Below, one piece after another: positions 1-9,980 of a stretch of DNA of 64,000 nt; the first letter of the stretch is position 1, and each line of letters opens with the position of its first letter. This DNA is from Homoserinimonas sp. GTDB taxonomy: Bacteria > Actinomycetota > Actinomycetes > Actinomycetales > Microbacteriaceae. The position numbers and the translations under genes are program-made. Under the pieces are notes generated by a model. That model had not been told where the DNA came from and did no database searches. It saw only the letters and a program-made list of their open reading frames with translations. The DNA is taken from NCBI GenBank assembly GCA_023957835.1, contig JAMLGP010000001.1, forward strand, positions 115,575 through 179,574, in the 5' to 3' direction.

Positions 1-1488
1 TTCGGGACGCTGGTTGCAAATGACCACATCGACCTAGTCGTAGAACCCGGTGAGATCCACTGCCTGCTTGGTGAAAACGGAGCGGGCAAATCCACCCTCA
101 TGAACGTTCTTTACGGCATTTACAAGGCCGACGAGGGGGAGATCCTGCTGGACGACAAAGTCCAGAACTTCGCCGGGCCAGGCGATGCCATGGCCGCCGG
201 AATCGGAATGGTGCACCAGCACTTCATGCTCATCCCGGTCTTCACCGTCGCCGAAAATGTCATGCTCGGACACGAGCCAACCCATTTCGGCGGCTCGCTT
301 GACCTTGCCAAGGCTCGTGCGAAGGTGCGCGAGATCTCAGATCGGTTCGGCTTCGACGTTGATCCGGATGCCGTGGTCGAGGATCTGCCGGTCGGTGTTC
401 AACAGCGGGTTGAGATTATCAAGGCTCTCTCGAGAGACGCGCACGTGCTCGTCTTCGACGAGCCGACCGCCGTGCTTACCCCGCAGGAAACCGACGAGCT
501 CATGCTAATCATGAAGCAGCTCAAGGAGACCGGCACTTCGATCGTCTTCATTACTCACAAGCTGCGCGAGGTTCGCGAAGTCGCCGACCGGATCACAGTT
601 GTGAGACTTGGCAAGGTCGTCGGCGAAGCAAAGCCGACCGCTTCCAATGAAGAGCTCGCCTCGATGATGGTAGGCAGGGCCGTCGAACTCACGATCGAGA
701 AGGGCAAGGCGAAGCTCGGCGACCCGGCCCTGGTGGTCGAGAAGCTGAGCGTGATCGACCCGATCGGCCAACTGGTCGTCAACAACATCAGCTTCGACGT
801 TAAAGCCGGCGAAATCGTCGCCATAGCGGGCGTTCAGGGCAACGGCCAGACGGAACTCGTCGAGGCGATCATGGGACTTCAGCCGAGAGTTCGAGGCGGC
901 ATCAGCCTCGACGGCAGGCAGCTTGTCGGCAGGACCGTTCGTGAGATCCTGGATGCCGGGGTTGGATTCGTGCCGGAAGACCGGAACGTAGACGGCCTGG
1001 TCTCCGAGTTCTCAATCGCAGAGAACCTCATGCTGGATCGAGCAAACGGAGCACCGTTCGCGAAGTTCGGCAGCATCCAGCTTCAAACTCTCTCCGATTT
1101 CTCGACCGAGAAGCTTTCGGAGTTCGATATCCGCGCCCAGGGGATCGGCACTCTCGCCGGGAACCTTTCCGGTGGAAACCAGCAAAAGGTGGTTCTCGCG
1201 CGGGAGCTGAGCCGAGAATTGCACTTGCTCGTGGCAGCGCAGCCGACCAGAGGACTGGATGTCGGATCGGTTGAGTTCGTGCATACCAGAATCGTCGAAG
1301 CCCGAGATGCGGGAGTGCCGGTACTCGTGGTATCGACCGAACTCGACGAGGTAGTTGCTCTCGCCGATCGGATCGCCGTCATGTATCGCGGCGGAATCGT
1401 AGGAATTGTGCCCGGAGACACCCCGAGAGATGTCCTCGGACTGATGATGGCCGGTGAGGCTCCCAGGGGAAGCGGCAAAGCGGCATGA
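1..1488 (+). CDS. ABC transporter ATP-binding protein with two fused ABC domains (BMP/nucleoside-simple sugar type); 5' end lies outside the window
   Basis: Frame 1 is open from nt 1, and Walker A GENGAGKST precedes the track's first Met. Second P-loop is GVQGNGQTE. ABC signatures are LPVGVQQRV and LSGGNQQKV. The stop overlaps the start of the next permease gene. Confidence 0.9.
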   Translation, partial: FGTLVANDHIDLVVEPGEIHCLLGENGAGKSTLMNVLYGIYKADEGEILLDDKVQNFAGPGDAMAAGIGMVHQHFMLIPVFTVAENVMLGHEPTHFGGSLDLAKARAKVREISDRFGFDVDPDAVVEDLPVGVQQRVEIIKALSRDAHVLVFDEPTAVLTPQETDELMLIMKQLKETGTSIVFITHKLREVREVADRITVVRLGKVVGEAKPTASNEELASMMVGRAVELTIEKGKAKLGDPALVVEKLSVIDPIGQLVVNNISFDVKAGEIVAIAGVQGNGQTELVEAIMGLQPRVRGGISLDGRQLVGRTVREILDAGVGFVPEDRNVDGLVSEFSIAENLMLDRANGAPFAKFGSIQLQTLSDFSTEKLSEFDIRAQGIGTLAGNLSGGNQQKVVLARELSRELHLLVAAQPTRGLDVGSVEFVHTRIVEARDAGVPVLVVSTELDEVVALADRIAVMYRGGIVGIVPGDTPRDVLGLMMAGEAPRGSGKAA

Positions 1489-2804
1489 CCACCAGGAAGG
1501 ACTCCAAAGTGAGCAAGGCTGAACCCGAAAAGAAGCCCGCAGCTTCTTCGGCCGCAGAAACTCAGGCTGCCGAACCGGTCGAACCGCAATCCGGTCGCTG
1601 GAGCAACGCCGTGCGGGAGATACTCTCCGGCAGCGCAGTCATGTCGGTGATGGCGATAGTGCTCTCGATAATCATCGGTGGAATCCTCATCGCGGCCACC
1701 GACACCCAGGTGCAGCAAACCGCAGGATACTTCTTCTCGAGGCCGGGCGACATGCTCAAGGCAATTTGGGACTCGGTATCTGGCGCATATTCCTCTCTGT
1801 TCCAGGGCTCCATTTACAACTTCCGCCGGCCGGGTTTTGTGAATGGAATCAAGCCGCTCGCAGAGACGCTCACCTTCGCAACCCCGCTGATTGCTGCCGG
1901 ACTCGGAGTGGCTCTGGGCTTCCGCGCCGGACTGTTCAACATCGGTGGCCGCGGCCAGATGCTGTTCGGCGCTGCGGCGGCTGGCTGGGTGGCGTTCTCG
2001 TTTGATCTGCCATACGGACTTCACCTGCTGATCGCCCTCGTCGCAGGCGTTGCTGCAGGTGGGCTGTGGGGCGGGCTCGCTGGGTTCCTGAAGGCTCGCA
2101 CCGGCGCACACGAGGTGATCACGACGATCATGCTGAACTACGTCGCCTTCTACTTCGTCTACTGGATGCTGAGCACCCCGGGGATGCTTCAGGCTCCCGG
2201 CTCAAACAACCCGAAGACTCCCGCGATGAAGGACACCGCAATACTGCCGAACTTCTTCGGACCGAACTTCCAACTGCACTTTGGATTCTTCATCGTCATC
2301 GGTGCGACGTTCTTTGTCTGGTGGCTCTTGAACCGCTCGACTCTCGGCTTCCAGTTCCGTGCGGTCGGATTCAACCCGAATGCGGCCAAGACCGCCGGAA
2401 TGAACGTCAACCGGATGTATTTCTACGTCATGATCTTCTCCGGCGCCCTCGTCGGCCTGGCCGGAGTCTTCCAGGTGCTCGGAACGGTAACTACCGGTTT
2501 CAGCTCTGGAATCGACGCCGGGATCGGATTCGACGCGATCACGGTTGCGCTGCTCGGTCGATCAAAACCCTGGGGAGTCTTCGCGGCGGGACTGCTGTTC
2601 GGAGCCTTCAAGGCCGGAGGGTTCTCGATGCAGGCCTCGCAGGGAATTCCGATCGACATCGTTCTGGTCGTTCAGTCGATGATCGTCCTGTTCATAGCCG
2701 CGCCACCGCTGGTTCGGGCAGTATTCAGGCTGCCTAAACCGAATCCACTGGCAGCCGCGAACATAGCGAAACTTCAGGGCAAGAAAGCGGTGGTGACCAA
2801 GTGA
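1485..2804 (+). CDS. ABC transporter permease (BMP-family nucleoside/sugar importer)
   Basis: 439-aa polytopic membrane protein. It overlaps the upstream ATPase and the downstream permease by 4 nt each. The N-terminal tail is Ala/Pro/Glu-rich. Confidence 0.85.
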   Translation: MTTRKDSKVSKAEPEKKPAASSAAETQAAEPVEPQSGRWSNAVREILSGSAVMSVMAIVLSIIIGGILIAATDTQVQQTAGYFFSRPGDMLKAIWDSVSGAYSSLFQGSIYNFRRPGFVNGIKPLAETLTFATPLIAAGLGVALGFRAGLFNIGGRGQMLFGAAAAGWVAFSFDLPYGLHLLIALVAGVAAGGLWGGLAGFLKARTGAHEVITTIMLNYVAFYFVYWMLSTPGMLQAPGSNNPKTPAMKDTAILPNFFGPNFQLHFGFFIVIGATFFVWWLLNRSTLGFQFRAVGFNPNAAKTAGMNVNRMYFYVMIFSGALVGLAGVFQVLGTVTTGFSSGIDAGIGFDAITVALLGRSKPWGVFAAGLLFGAFKAGGFSMQASQGIPIDIVLVVQSMIVLFIAAPPLVRAVFRLPKPNPLAAANIAKLQGKKAVVTK

Positions 2805-4087
2805 GCACGGTAGCTGAAACCCCAGCCACAAGGACCTCGAAGGTCGTCCTCGAAAAGACCGTAGTAAAGAGCTGGAAGGCGCCGATAGCGCTCGGCATCT
2901 TCTCGGTCATTGCGATCGTCCTGTTCGGCATTTTCGGCAGGTCGGGAACTACGCACTTTCGGATTTCCACCCCCGACGATCTGATTCAGATCCCGGACCT
3001 GCACCTTCCCTCAGATCTAACCTGCTGGATTCTCGCAGTAGTACTCGTCGGCCTCGCAGCTCTGGCTGCCTGGCGGGTTCAGGTTGCCGCGAAGGTGCCG
3101 CTTTGGCTGACGATCATCTTCACGATCATCTTCCTCTTCGCCTTCCTTACCTGGGCTGCGGCCGGTGCCCTGATCCCGATTCCGGGACTTCTGATTGGTG
3201 CCGTGAGCCTGAGTGTTCCGCTGATTTTCGGAGCGCTTAGCGGTGTGATTTGCGAGCGGACCGGTGTGGTCAATATTGCAATCGAAGGTCAATTGCTGGC
3301 CGGTGCCTTCGTCTCAGCGCTTGTCGCATCCGTAACCAGGCAGCCGCTGGCCGGACTTGTGGCAGCGATGGTTGCAGGAGTGCTCGTCTCCTTCGTGCTC
3401 GCGGCATTTGCGATCAAGTACATCGTCGATCAGATCATCGTCGGCGTTGTGCTCAACGTGCTGGTCGCCGGGCTCACCGGCTTCCTGTTCTCGAAGGTGC
3501 TCTCACCAAACGAGACCCTGCTGAACAACCCGCCGAGATTCGACCGGATAGACATCCCGATCCTCGGTCAGATTCCGATCATCGGCCCGGTGCTGTTCAA
3601 CCAGACGATCATCGTCTACATCATGTATCTGACGATCGCCGCGGTCGCCTACGCTCTGTTCCGCACTCGCTGGGGACTGCGTACCCGGTCGGTTGGTGAG
3701 CACCCGCACGCCGCCGACACCGTGGGCATCAAGGTCAACGCCATGAGGTTCTGGAACGTCTCCCTCGGCGGAGCGATCGCAGGCTTCGGAGGCGCATACT
3801 TCACTCTCGGCTCTGTCGGATCTTTCACCAAGGAAATGACGGCGGGCGCCGGCTTCATCGCTCTGGCCGCGGTCATCTTCGGCCGCTGGGATCCCATTCG
3901 GGCGACCCTCGCCGGACTGCTCTTCGGGTTCGCAACCAACCTGCAAAGCGTCCTCGGAGTGATCGGATCCCCGGTGCCCAGCCAGTTCATGCTCATGCTC
4001 CCCTACGTCGTGACGATCTTCGCAGTTGCCGGACTCGTCGGGATGTCGAGGCCGCCTGCGGCTGACGGCAAGCCCTATATCAAGTAG
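2801..4087 (+). CDS. ABC transporter permease (second permease of the same importer)
   Basis: 428-aa hydrophobic multi-TM protein, translationally coupled to the previous gene. Confidence 0.85.
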   Translation: MSTVAETPATRTSKVVLEKTVVKSWKAPIALGIFSVIAIVLFGIFGRSGTTHFRISTPDDLIQIPDLHLPSDLTCWILAVVLVGLAALAAWRVQVAAKVPLWLTIIFTIIFLFAFLTWAAAGALIPIPGLLIGAVSLSVPLIFGALSGVICERTGVVNIAIEGQLLAGAFVSALVASVTRQPLAGLVAAMVAGVLVSFVLAAFAIKYIVDQIIVGVVLNVLVAGLTGFLFSKVLSPNETLLNNPPRFDRIDIPILGQIPIIGPVLFNQTIIVYIMYLTIAAVAYALFRTRWGLRTRSVGEHPHAADTVGIKVNAMRFWNVSLGGAIAGFGGAYFTLGSVGSFTKEMTAGAGFIALAAVIFGRWDPIRATLAGLLFGFATNLQSVLGVIGSPVPSQFMLMLPYVVTIFAVAGLVGMSRPPAADGKPYIK

Positions 4088-4092
4088 CCGAA

Positions 4093-5310
4093 TTGAACTC
4101 AGCCAAAGCAACGGCCGTGCCGTTGCGCAGCGGATTGTGGGCCGCGATCGCGGTCGTGATCGTCGGCCTCAATCTGAGACCAGCGATAGTCGCGGTCGCC
4201 CCGGTTTTCGATGTGCTCACTGTTCGGCTCGAACTCAGCTCGGTGCTGGCGGGAGCCCTGGTTACCCTTCCAGTGCTCTGCTTCGGCGTGCTCGGACCGC
4301 TCGCCCCGGCGCTCGCCAGGCGGATCGGCTTTGAGCGCAGCCTCGCTGTGGTTCTGCTCGCAGTCATTCTCGGCAGCGCTCTGCGACTGATTCCAACAGT
4401 GGCCGGCCTTTTCAGCGGCACGCTACTTATCGGCGCCGGAATCGCAATCGGGAACATCCTGCTGCCAGGACTCATTAAGCGAGATTTCTCGCACCGACTC
4501 GGTCTGATGTCCGGGCTGTTTTCGGCCTGCCTCACTGCGGGGGCAACTCTCGCGGCCGGACTCACACTGCCAATCGCCGAAGCCGCAGGCTGGGAGTGGA
4601 ATGAGGCTCTCGCCGCCTGGGGGCTATTTGCGATTTTCGGACTGGCCTGCTGGGTTCCGTTCCTCGCCCAATCGAAGGTTTCCGGCTCGCCCGCGGCATC
4701 CGGAAAAATCCGCCTTTCGAGGGACCCGGTTGCCTGGCTGGTAACAGCCTTCTTTGGACTACAGTCGCTCAACTTCTACTCGACAACCGCCTGGCTTCCG
4801 ACCATCCTCATTGACCAGGGACATGACCCGGTATTCGCCGGGCTCATGCTGTCCCTGGTAAATCTCGTCAGCATTGCGCCTTCGCTGGCAATCCCGCTGT
4901 TTCTCGACAAGCTGCGCAGTCAGGTTGGCTTCGCAATCGCAACCTGCATCGTCTATTTCGCAGCCTTCGCTGGGATGCTGTTCCTGCCCGAGCCAACCGT
5001 ACTTTGGATGGTGCTGCTGGGCGCGGCGCAGGGCGCGGGCCTGGGTGTTGGCCTCACCTTCATTGTGCTTAGAACCAGAGACGCCCAGCAGGCGACCGTG
5101 CTCTCCGGAATGGCCCAAAGCTGGGGCTACCTCTTCGCAGCCGCAGGCCCTCTCGTGCTCGGTGCCTTGCGCGACTGGACGGGCGGCTGGCAGGTCCCCT
5201 TGCTGGTTCTGTTCATCGCTCTGGTTCCCATGCTCGCGGCCGGAGCACTTGCCGGCCGGCCGGGCTTCGTCGGGGTTGACGAGGCTAAATTGGAAACAGA
5301 ACCCGCTTAG
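4093..5310 (+). CDS. MFS transporter (CynX-like)
   Basis: 405 aa with about 12 predicted TM segments and the typical MFS loop GPLAPALARRIG. Confidence 0.7.
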   Translation: MNSAKATAVPLRSGLWAAIAVVIVGLNLRPAIVAVAPVFDVLTVRLELSSVLAGALVTLPVLCFGVLGPLAPALARRIGFERSLAVVLLAVILGSALRLIPTVAGLFSGTLLIGAGIAIGNILLPGLIKRDFSHRLGLMSGLFSACLTAGATLAAGLTLPIAEAAGWEWNEALAAWGLFAIFGLACWVPFLAQSKVSGSPAASGKIRLSRDPVAWLVTAFFGLQSLNFYSTTAWLPTILIDQGHDPVFAGLMLSLVNLVSIAPSLAIPLFLDKLRSQVGFAIATCIVYFAAFAGMLFLPEPTVLWMVLLGAAQGAGLGVGLTFIVLRTRDAQQATVLSGMAQSWGYLFAAAGPLVLGALRDWTGGWQVPLLVLFIALVPMLAAGALAGRPGFVGVDEAKLETEPA

Positions 5311-5342
5311 TCGAGGGCGGTTCGAAGAGAGGGGCAGTTGGA

Positions 5343-5744
5343 ATGTCTGAAATGGACTGGGACGGACTTCGGGATGTCGCCAAAGAGGCTCTCAAGCACG
5401 CTTACGTACCGTACTCGAATTTTCCGGTAGGGGTCGCGGCGATGGTTGACGATGGGAGAGTCATTTCGGGCTGCAACGTCGAGAACGCCTCCTACGGCCT
5501 GACCCTGTGTGCAGAGTGCGCCCTGGTTTCAACCCTGCACATGACCGGTGGAGGCAAGCTGGTTGCGTTCACCTGCGTCGACGGGCACGGCAACGCTCTC
5601 ATGCCGTGCGGCAGGTGCCGACAGTTGCTGTTTGAGCACTCTGCTCCTGGGATGCTGCTTGAGACTGTTTCGGGCATCCGCACGATCGATGAAGTCATTC
5701 CCGACGCTTTCGGACCGCGCACTTTGGAGGAATACCGCGCATGA
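5343..5744 (+). CDS. cdd: cytidine deaminase
   Basis: 133 aa with zinc-binding motifs CAECA and PCGRCRQ. Confidence 0.9.
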   Translation: MSEMDWDGLRDVAKEALKHAYVPYSNFPVGVAAMVDDGRVISGCNVENASYGLTLCAECALVSTLHMTGGGKLVAFTCVDGHGNALMPCGRCRQLLFEHSAPGMLLETVSGIRTIDEVIPDAFGPRTLEEYRA

Positions 5745-7039
5745 GCACTGTTGAACCGTTCGACACCGTCGACCTGATCACGACCAAGCGCGACAAGGGG
5801 CGGCTGTCCACCGCGCAGATTTCCTGGCTGGTCGACGCCTACACTCGCGGCTACGTCGCCGACGAGCAAATGTCGGCCATGGCCATGGCGATTCTGCTCA
5901 ACGGAATGGATCGGGCCGAAGTTCACGATCTCACAATGGCGATGATCGCCACCGGCGAGCGAATGAGTTTCGAGGGGCTAAGCCGAAAAACCGCCGATAA
6001 GCACTCGACCGGCGGAGTAGGCGACAAGATCACCCTGCCGCTGGCTCCACTGGTCGCCTCGTTCGGGGTTGCCGTTCCGCAGCTTTCGGGTCGCGGACTC
6101 GGCCACACCGGAGGCACTCTGGACAAGCTCGAGAGCATTCCGGGCTGGCGGGCAGCGCTCAGCAACGAAGAGATGCGTAGCCAGCTCGACTCGATTGGCG
6201 CGGTAATTTGCGCTGCCGGTTCGGGACTGGCTCCGGCAGACAAGAAGCTCTACGCGCTTAGGGACATAACCGGCACAGTGGAGTCGATTCCGCTCATTGC
6301 CTCCTCGATCATGAGCAAGAAGATCGCCGAAGGAACGAGCGTTCTCGTGCTCGACGTGAAGTTCGGCTCCGGCGCCTTTATGAAGACCCAGGAGCGAGCG
6401 CGTGAACTGGCCGAGACCATGGTCGCTCTCGGGGCGGATGCCGGGGTCGCAACCAGCGCGCTCCTCACCAATATGAACGTGCCGCTTGGCCTTGCGATCG
6501 GCAACGCGAACGAGGTTCGCGAGTCGGTGGAAGTGCTAGCTGGCGGAGGACCTGCGGACGTGGTTGAACTGACCCTCGCTCTGGCCAGGGAGATGCTCGC
6601 GGCAAGCGGCCAGCCGGACGCTGACGTCGAGAAGGCGCTTTCCGGCGGTCGGGCGATGGACACCTGGCGGGCGATGATCAAAGCCCAGGACGGAGACCCG
6701 GACGCCCCGCTGCCGGTAGCTAAGGAGACCAGAGACGTCGTCGCTGATCGGGACGGAGTATTAGAGAAGCAGGACGCCCTCGCCTTTGGAATCGCCGCCT
6801 GGAGGCTCGGAGCGGGCCGCGCCCGCAAGGAGGATCCGGTGCAGCATGCCGCCGGCATCGACCTCAGGGCCAAGCCCGGCGATTCGGTGAAGAAGGGCCA
6901 GGTTCTGTTCACCCTAAGTGCCGACGAGCCGGCGCGGTTCGATCGGGCGCTTGAGGCGCTTGAGGGCGCTTACAGCATTGCGGAGGCAGGGGCGAAGGTG
7001 GCAGTTGCCCCGCTCATTGCTGACCGGGTTACAGTCTGA
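5741..7039 (+). CDS. deoA: thymidine/pyrimidine-nucleoside phosphorylase
   Basis: 432 aa with motif KHSTGGVGDK. It overlaps cdd by 4 nt. Confidence 0.9.
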   Translation: MSTVEPFDTVDLITTKRDKGRLSTAQISWLVDAYTRGYVADEQMSAMAMAILLNGMDRAEVHDLTMAMIATGERMSFEGLSRKTADKHSTGGVGDKITLPLAPLVASFGVAVPQLSGRGLGHTGGTLDKLESIPGWRAALSNEEMRSQLDSIGAVICAAGSGLAPADKKLYALRDITGTVESIPLIASSIMSKKIAEGTSVLVLDVKFGSGAFMKTQERARELAETMVALGADAGVATSALLTNMNVPLGLAIGNANEVRESVEVLAGGGPADVVELTLALAREMLAASGQPDADVEKALSGGRAMDTWRAMIKAQDGDPDAPLPVAKETRDVVADRDGVLEKQDALAFGIAAWRLGAGRARKEDPVQHAAGIDLRAKPGDSVKKGQVLFTLSADEPARFDRALEALEGAYSIAEAGAKVAVAPLIADRVTV

Positions 7040-7078
7040 ACGATTCGAGGAACCGAACCCGTCCGAACCGACTGAGGC

Positions 7079-8014
7079 TCACGGGATCCGTTTGAGGGCG
7101 TCGACGACGAGTCCCCAGAACTTCGGATGGTCGAGGTCGGTTGCAGCGTGAGTCGTGCAGTCTTCACCAGCCGGGAAGCGGAAGTCGGCAACGGTCATCC
7201 CGAGGGTGAGAGTGCCGGTTAGCTCGATGTCGAGCGGTACTCTGACCACTTTCATAACTGACGGATCAATCACGAGCGCGACCGCGCACGGGTCGTGTAC
7301 GGGAGGGAACTCGAAACCCTGAGCCTTGCGGTAGCTCTCGGTGAAGAACTCGAGCAGGTCGAGAACGAACTTCGCCGGGACCGAGTCGATTTCGCTGATT
7401 GCCTTTACGACATCCGGAGTCGCGAGTGCCTGGTGGGTCAGGTCGAGGCCGACCATGGTGAGCTTCCATGGCTCATTGAAGACGATGTGCGCGGCTTCTG
7501 GATCGATGACGATGTTGAATTCTGCGGTCGAACTCCAGTTGCCGACGTGGTAGCCGCCGCCCATTAGCACAACTTCCCGAACCCTGGAAACGATCGCCGG
7601 CTCCTTGCGGACCGCGAGGGCGATATTGGTGAGGGCCCCGGTGGGAACGAGAGTGATTTCGCCTGGCTCGCTTTGCATGATCGTGTCAATGATCACGTCC
7701 ACCGCGTGCCGCGGATCGAGTTCGACGGTCGGATCGGGCAGGGTCGGGCCGTCCATTCCGGAGTCGCCGTGTATCGATTCTGCGACTTCGCTCTCACGTA
7801 CCAGCGGCCGATTTGCACCAGCGGCGATCGGCACTCCGGTGATGCCGGCAACCGTGGCTACCGCAAGCGCGTTCCTGGTGACCTTTTCGATGGTCTGGTT
7901 CCCGTGGACTGTCGTGATTGCGGCGAGCTCAATTTCGGGGTTGCCGTGGGCGAGCAGAATGGCGATCGCGTCGTCGTGTCCCGGGTCGCAGTCGAGGATG
8001 ATCTTTCTGGTCAT
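7079..8014 (-). CDS. nucleoside hydrolase (inosine-uridine preferring family)
   Basis: N-terminal DCDPGHDDAIAILLA aspartate cluster; 311 aa. Confidence 0.9.
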   Translation of the reverse strand: MTRKIILDCDPGHDDAIAILLAHGNPEIELAAITTVHGNQTIEKVTRNALAVATVAGITGVPIAAGANRPLVRESEVAESIHGDSGMDGPTLPDPTVELDPRHAVDVIIDTIMQSEPGEITLVPTGALTNIALAVRKEPAIVSRVREVVLMGGGYHVGNWSSTAEFNIVIDPEAAHIVFNEPWKLTMVGLDLTHQALATPDVVKAISEIDSVPAKFVLDLLEFFTESYRKAQGFEFPPVHDPCAVALVIDPSVMKVVRVPLDIELTGTLTLGMTVADFRFPAGEDCTTHAATDLDHPKFWGLVVDALKRIP

Positions 8015-8100
8015 TCTTGAATGCTAATCCAATTCCACAGTCGATTCACCACATATAAAATCAAAGTTCATATTTGAAAACTCTCGAGTAGACTCCAGAT

Positions 8101-9273
8101 ATGAACGAGTTGGCAGAAAAAGGTCGGCGCCGGATCGAATGGATCCGCTCAAGAATGCGATTGCTCGCCGATACTCGCGAAGAGTTCTCGAAGACCTTGC
8201 CGTTCGCAGGGCTGAGGATCGGGATGTCGCTGCACCTCGAACCCAAAACAGCGGTCCTGCTTGAGACGCTCGCATCCGGCGGCGCTGAGCTGGTAGCCAC
8301 AGGCAACCACGGATCAACCCAGGATGACGTTGTCGCCTACCTGCGCACTCAGGGGATGACGATCTTCGGCAGCCGGGACGACAGCCTCGACGACCACCAC
8401 CGCAATCTCGAATCGGTCCTCGCTGCAAAGCCGCAGATTCTGCTCGACAACGGCGCGGACCTTGCCGCAGGAGTAGCCGCCTCTGGCGCAGAAGGAATCA
8501 TCGGCGGAACGGAAGAGACGACCTCGGGGGGACTCAGACTGCGCGCAGAACTGGCCGGAAAAGTTCCGTTTCCGGTGATCGTGATCAATGACAGCATCCT
8601 CAAGGCGATAGGCGAGAACAGGCATGCGGTTGGGCAATCTGTGGTGGAAAGCTTCATGCGAATCACCAACCTCATGGTCCCCGGCCGCAGGTTCGTCGTG
8701 GTCGGCTATGGCTGGTGCGGAAGCGGAGTCGCCCACTACCTGAGAGCCCTCGGCGGCAAGGTGGCCGTCGTAGAAAGCGACGAACTGGCCGCCTTCCGAG
8801 CCGCAATGGACGGCTTCAGGGTGGGAGCGATCGAGGAGCTTGCGAACTGGGCTGAGGTGATCATCACGGCCACGGGGCAGCCGAACGTGGTCGGAGCCGA
8901 GATCTTCCCGCTGCTTGAGTCCGGTACCGTACTTGCGAATTGCGGGCACTTCCCCTGGGAGATCGATGTTGCGAGTCTTCGCTCTTCGACATCCGAAACG
9001 ACGCAGCTTGACGACGCTATAGAGCGTCTGGACTTTGCCGACGGCAGGCACCTGATCCTGATCGCGGACGGCCGAATGATGAACCTTGCCGGTCGCGAAC
9101 CGAAGGGCAACTCCCTCGAATCGATGGACCTCGGCTTTCTTCTTCAGGCCCTCTCGCTTGAGCGAGTGGCCACGGCCGCGGATTCTCTGCCGGCAGGCGC
9201 GCAGCCGGTGCCGGACGAGATCAACCGCAAGATCGCCAGGAGGATGCTCCAATCCATGGGAGCTTCCAAGTGA
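8101..9273 (+). CDS. adenosylhomocysteinase-family protein (short form)
   Basis: NAD-binding GYGWCGSGVAHYLRALGGKVAVVE, plus the TEETTSG and LLDNGADL motifs typical of SAH hydrolases; 390 aa. Confidence 0.7.
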   Translation: MNELAEKGRRRIEWIRSRMRLLADTREEFSKTLPFAGLRIGMSLHLEPKTAVLLETLASGGAELVATGNHGSTQDDVVAYLRTQGMTIFGSRDDSLDDHHRNLESVLAAKPQILLDNGADLAAGVAASGAEGIIGGTEETTSGGLRLRAELAGKVPFPVIVINDSILKAIGENRHAVGQSVVESFMRITNLMVPGRRFVVVGYGWCGSGVAHYLRALGGKVAVVESDELAAFRAAMDGFRVGAIEELANWAEVIITATGQPNVVGAEIFPLLESGTVLANCGHFPWEIDVASLRSSTSETTQLDDAIERLDFADGRHLILIADGRMMNLAGREPKGNSLESMDLGFLLQALSLERVATAADSLPAGAQPVPDEINRKIARRMLQSMGASK

Positions 9274-9953
9274 CGGATTCGGGGCCCGAATATGCGGTGC
9301 CGGCGCTCGACAAGGCGCTCGACATCCTCGAGTTGCTATCAGACCAGAGATCGCCGCTAACCCAGCTTGAGATCGCTGCGGCGACCAGTCGAACCCCGAG
9401 CCAGATTTTTCGAGTGCTGCAGCGGCTCGAGCGGCGCGGCTGGGTGGTCCGGGAGCGGCCCTCGGGCGGCTACCTGCTTTCAACCCGGCTACTGGAGCTC
9501 GCAAACAGGCAGCCGAAGCTTCGCGGGCTCATCGCAGCCGCCGAGCCGGTCATGCGAGAGCTCACCGAATCAACCCACCAGTCCTGCAATCTGAGCGTTC
9601 TGGATGCCTCGCTGGTTCGAGTCGTATCCCAGGTGGAAAGCCCAGCCGCCTTCGGCTTTCGAGTGAGAGTCGGCGCTGAGTTTCCGCTCGATACTCCGGC
9701 TGGCCGCGTCCTGCTCGGAGAGAAGTCAAGGCTGCCTTTGCAGGTAGACGACTCACTGCAGCCCGGAATCACAGATCTCGTCGTGCCGATAGTTGATCGC
9801 TCGGGTCAGAGGGTCGCGGCGCTGACCGTCCCCTACATCGCGACTTCGTACAGCGAGCTCAAGATCGAAGAGGTAAGCGCCGAAGTCTTCGAGGCCGGGG
9901 AGCGAATCAGCAGGCGGCTCGCGGGAGAGGACCAACAGCCGGCTGGTGACTGA
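9270..9953 (+). CDS. IclR family transcriptional regulator
   Basis: N-terminal winged HTH (LDILELLSD...LTQLEIAAATSRTPSQIFRVLQRLERRGWV) followed by an effector-domain-sized C-terminus. Confidence 0.8.
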   Translation: MTDSGPEYAVPALDKALDILELLSDQRSPLTQLEIAAATSRTPSQIFRVLQRLERRGWVVRERPSGGYLLSTRLLELANRQPKLRGLIAAAEPVMRELTESTHQSCNLSVLDASLVRVVSQVESPAAFGFRVRVGAEFPLDTPAGRVLLGEKSRLPLQVDDSLQPGITDLVVPIVDRSGQRVAALTVPYIATSYSELKIEEVSAEVFEAGERISRRLAGEDQQPAGD

Positions 9954-9980
9954 GTCGCGGGCAGCAGGTAGATTTGCCGG

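Noticed and set aside
1083-2111. Long ORFs antisense to or out of frame with confidently assigned genes. Examples: 1083..2111(-), 8314..9504(-), 9990..10925(-), 27867..28799(+), 35404..36687(-), 37828..38703(-), 38923..39924(-), 52759..53709(+), 53761..54600(+), 58019..59458(-), 61037..62119(-).
   Set aside because: Their translations are Arg/Pro/Gly/Ser-rich low-complexity products with no motifs. They fully overlap genes that carry clear family signatures. This is expected in GC-rich DNA, where stop codons are rare.
8061-8077. Small inverted repeat TCAAA-N7-TTTGA in the AT-rich divergent promoter region between the nucleoside hydrolase and the SAH-hydrolase-like gene (possible IclR operator)
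   Set aside because: The arms are only 5 bp in an AT-rich stretch, so it is not distinguishable from chance.
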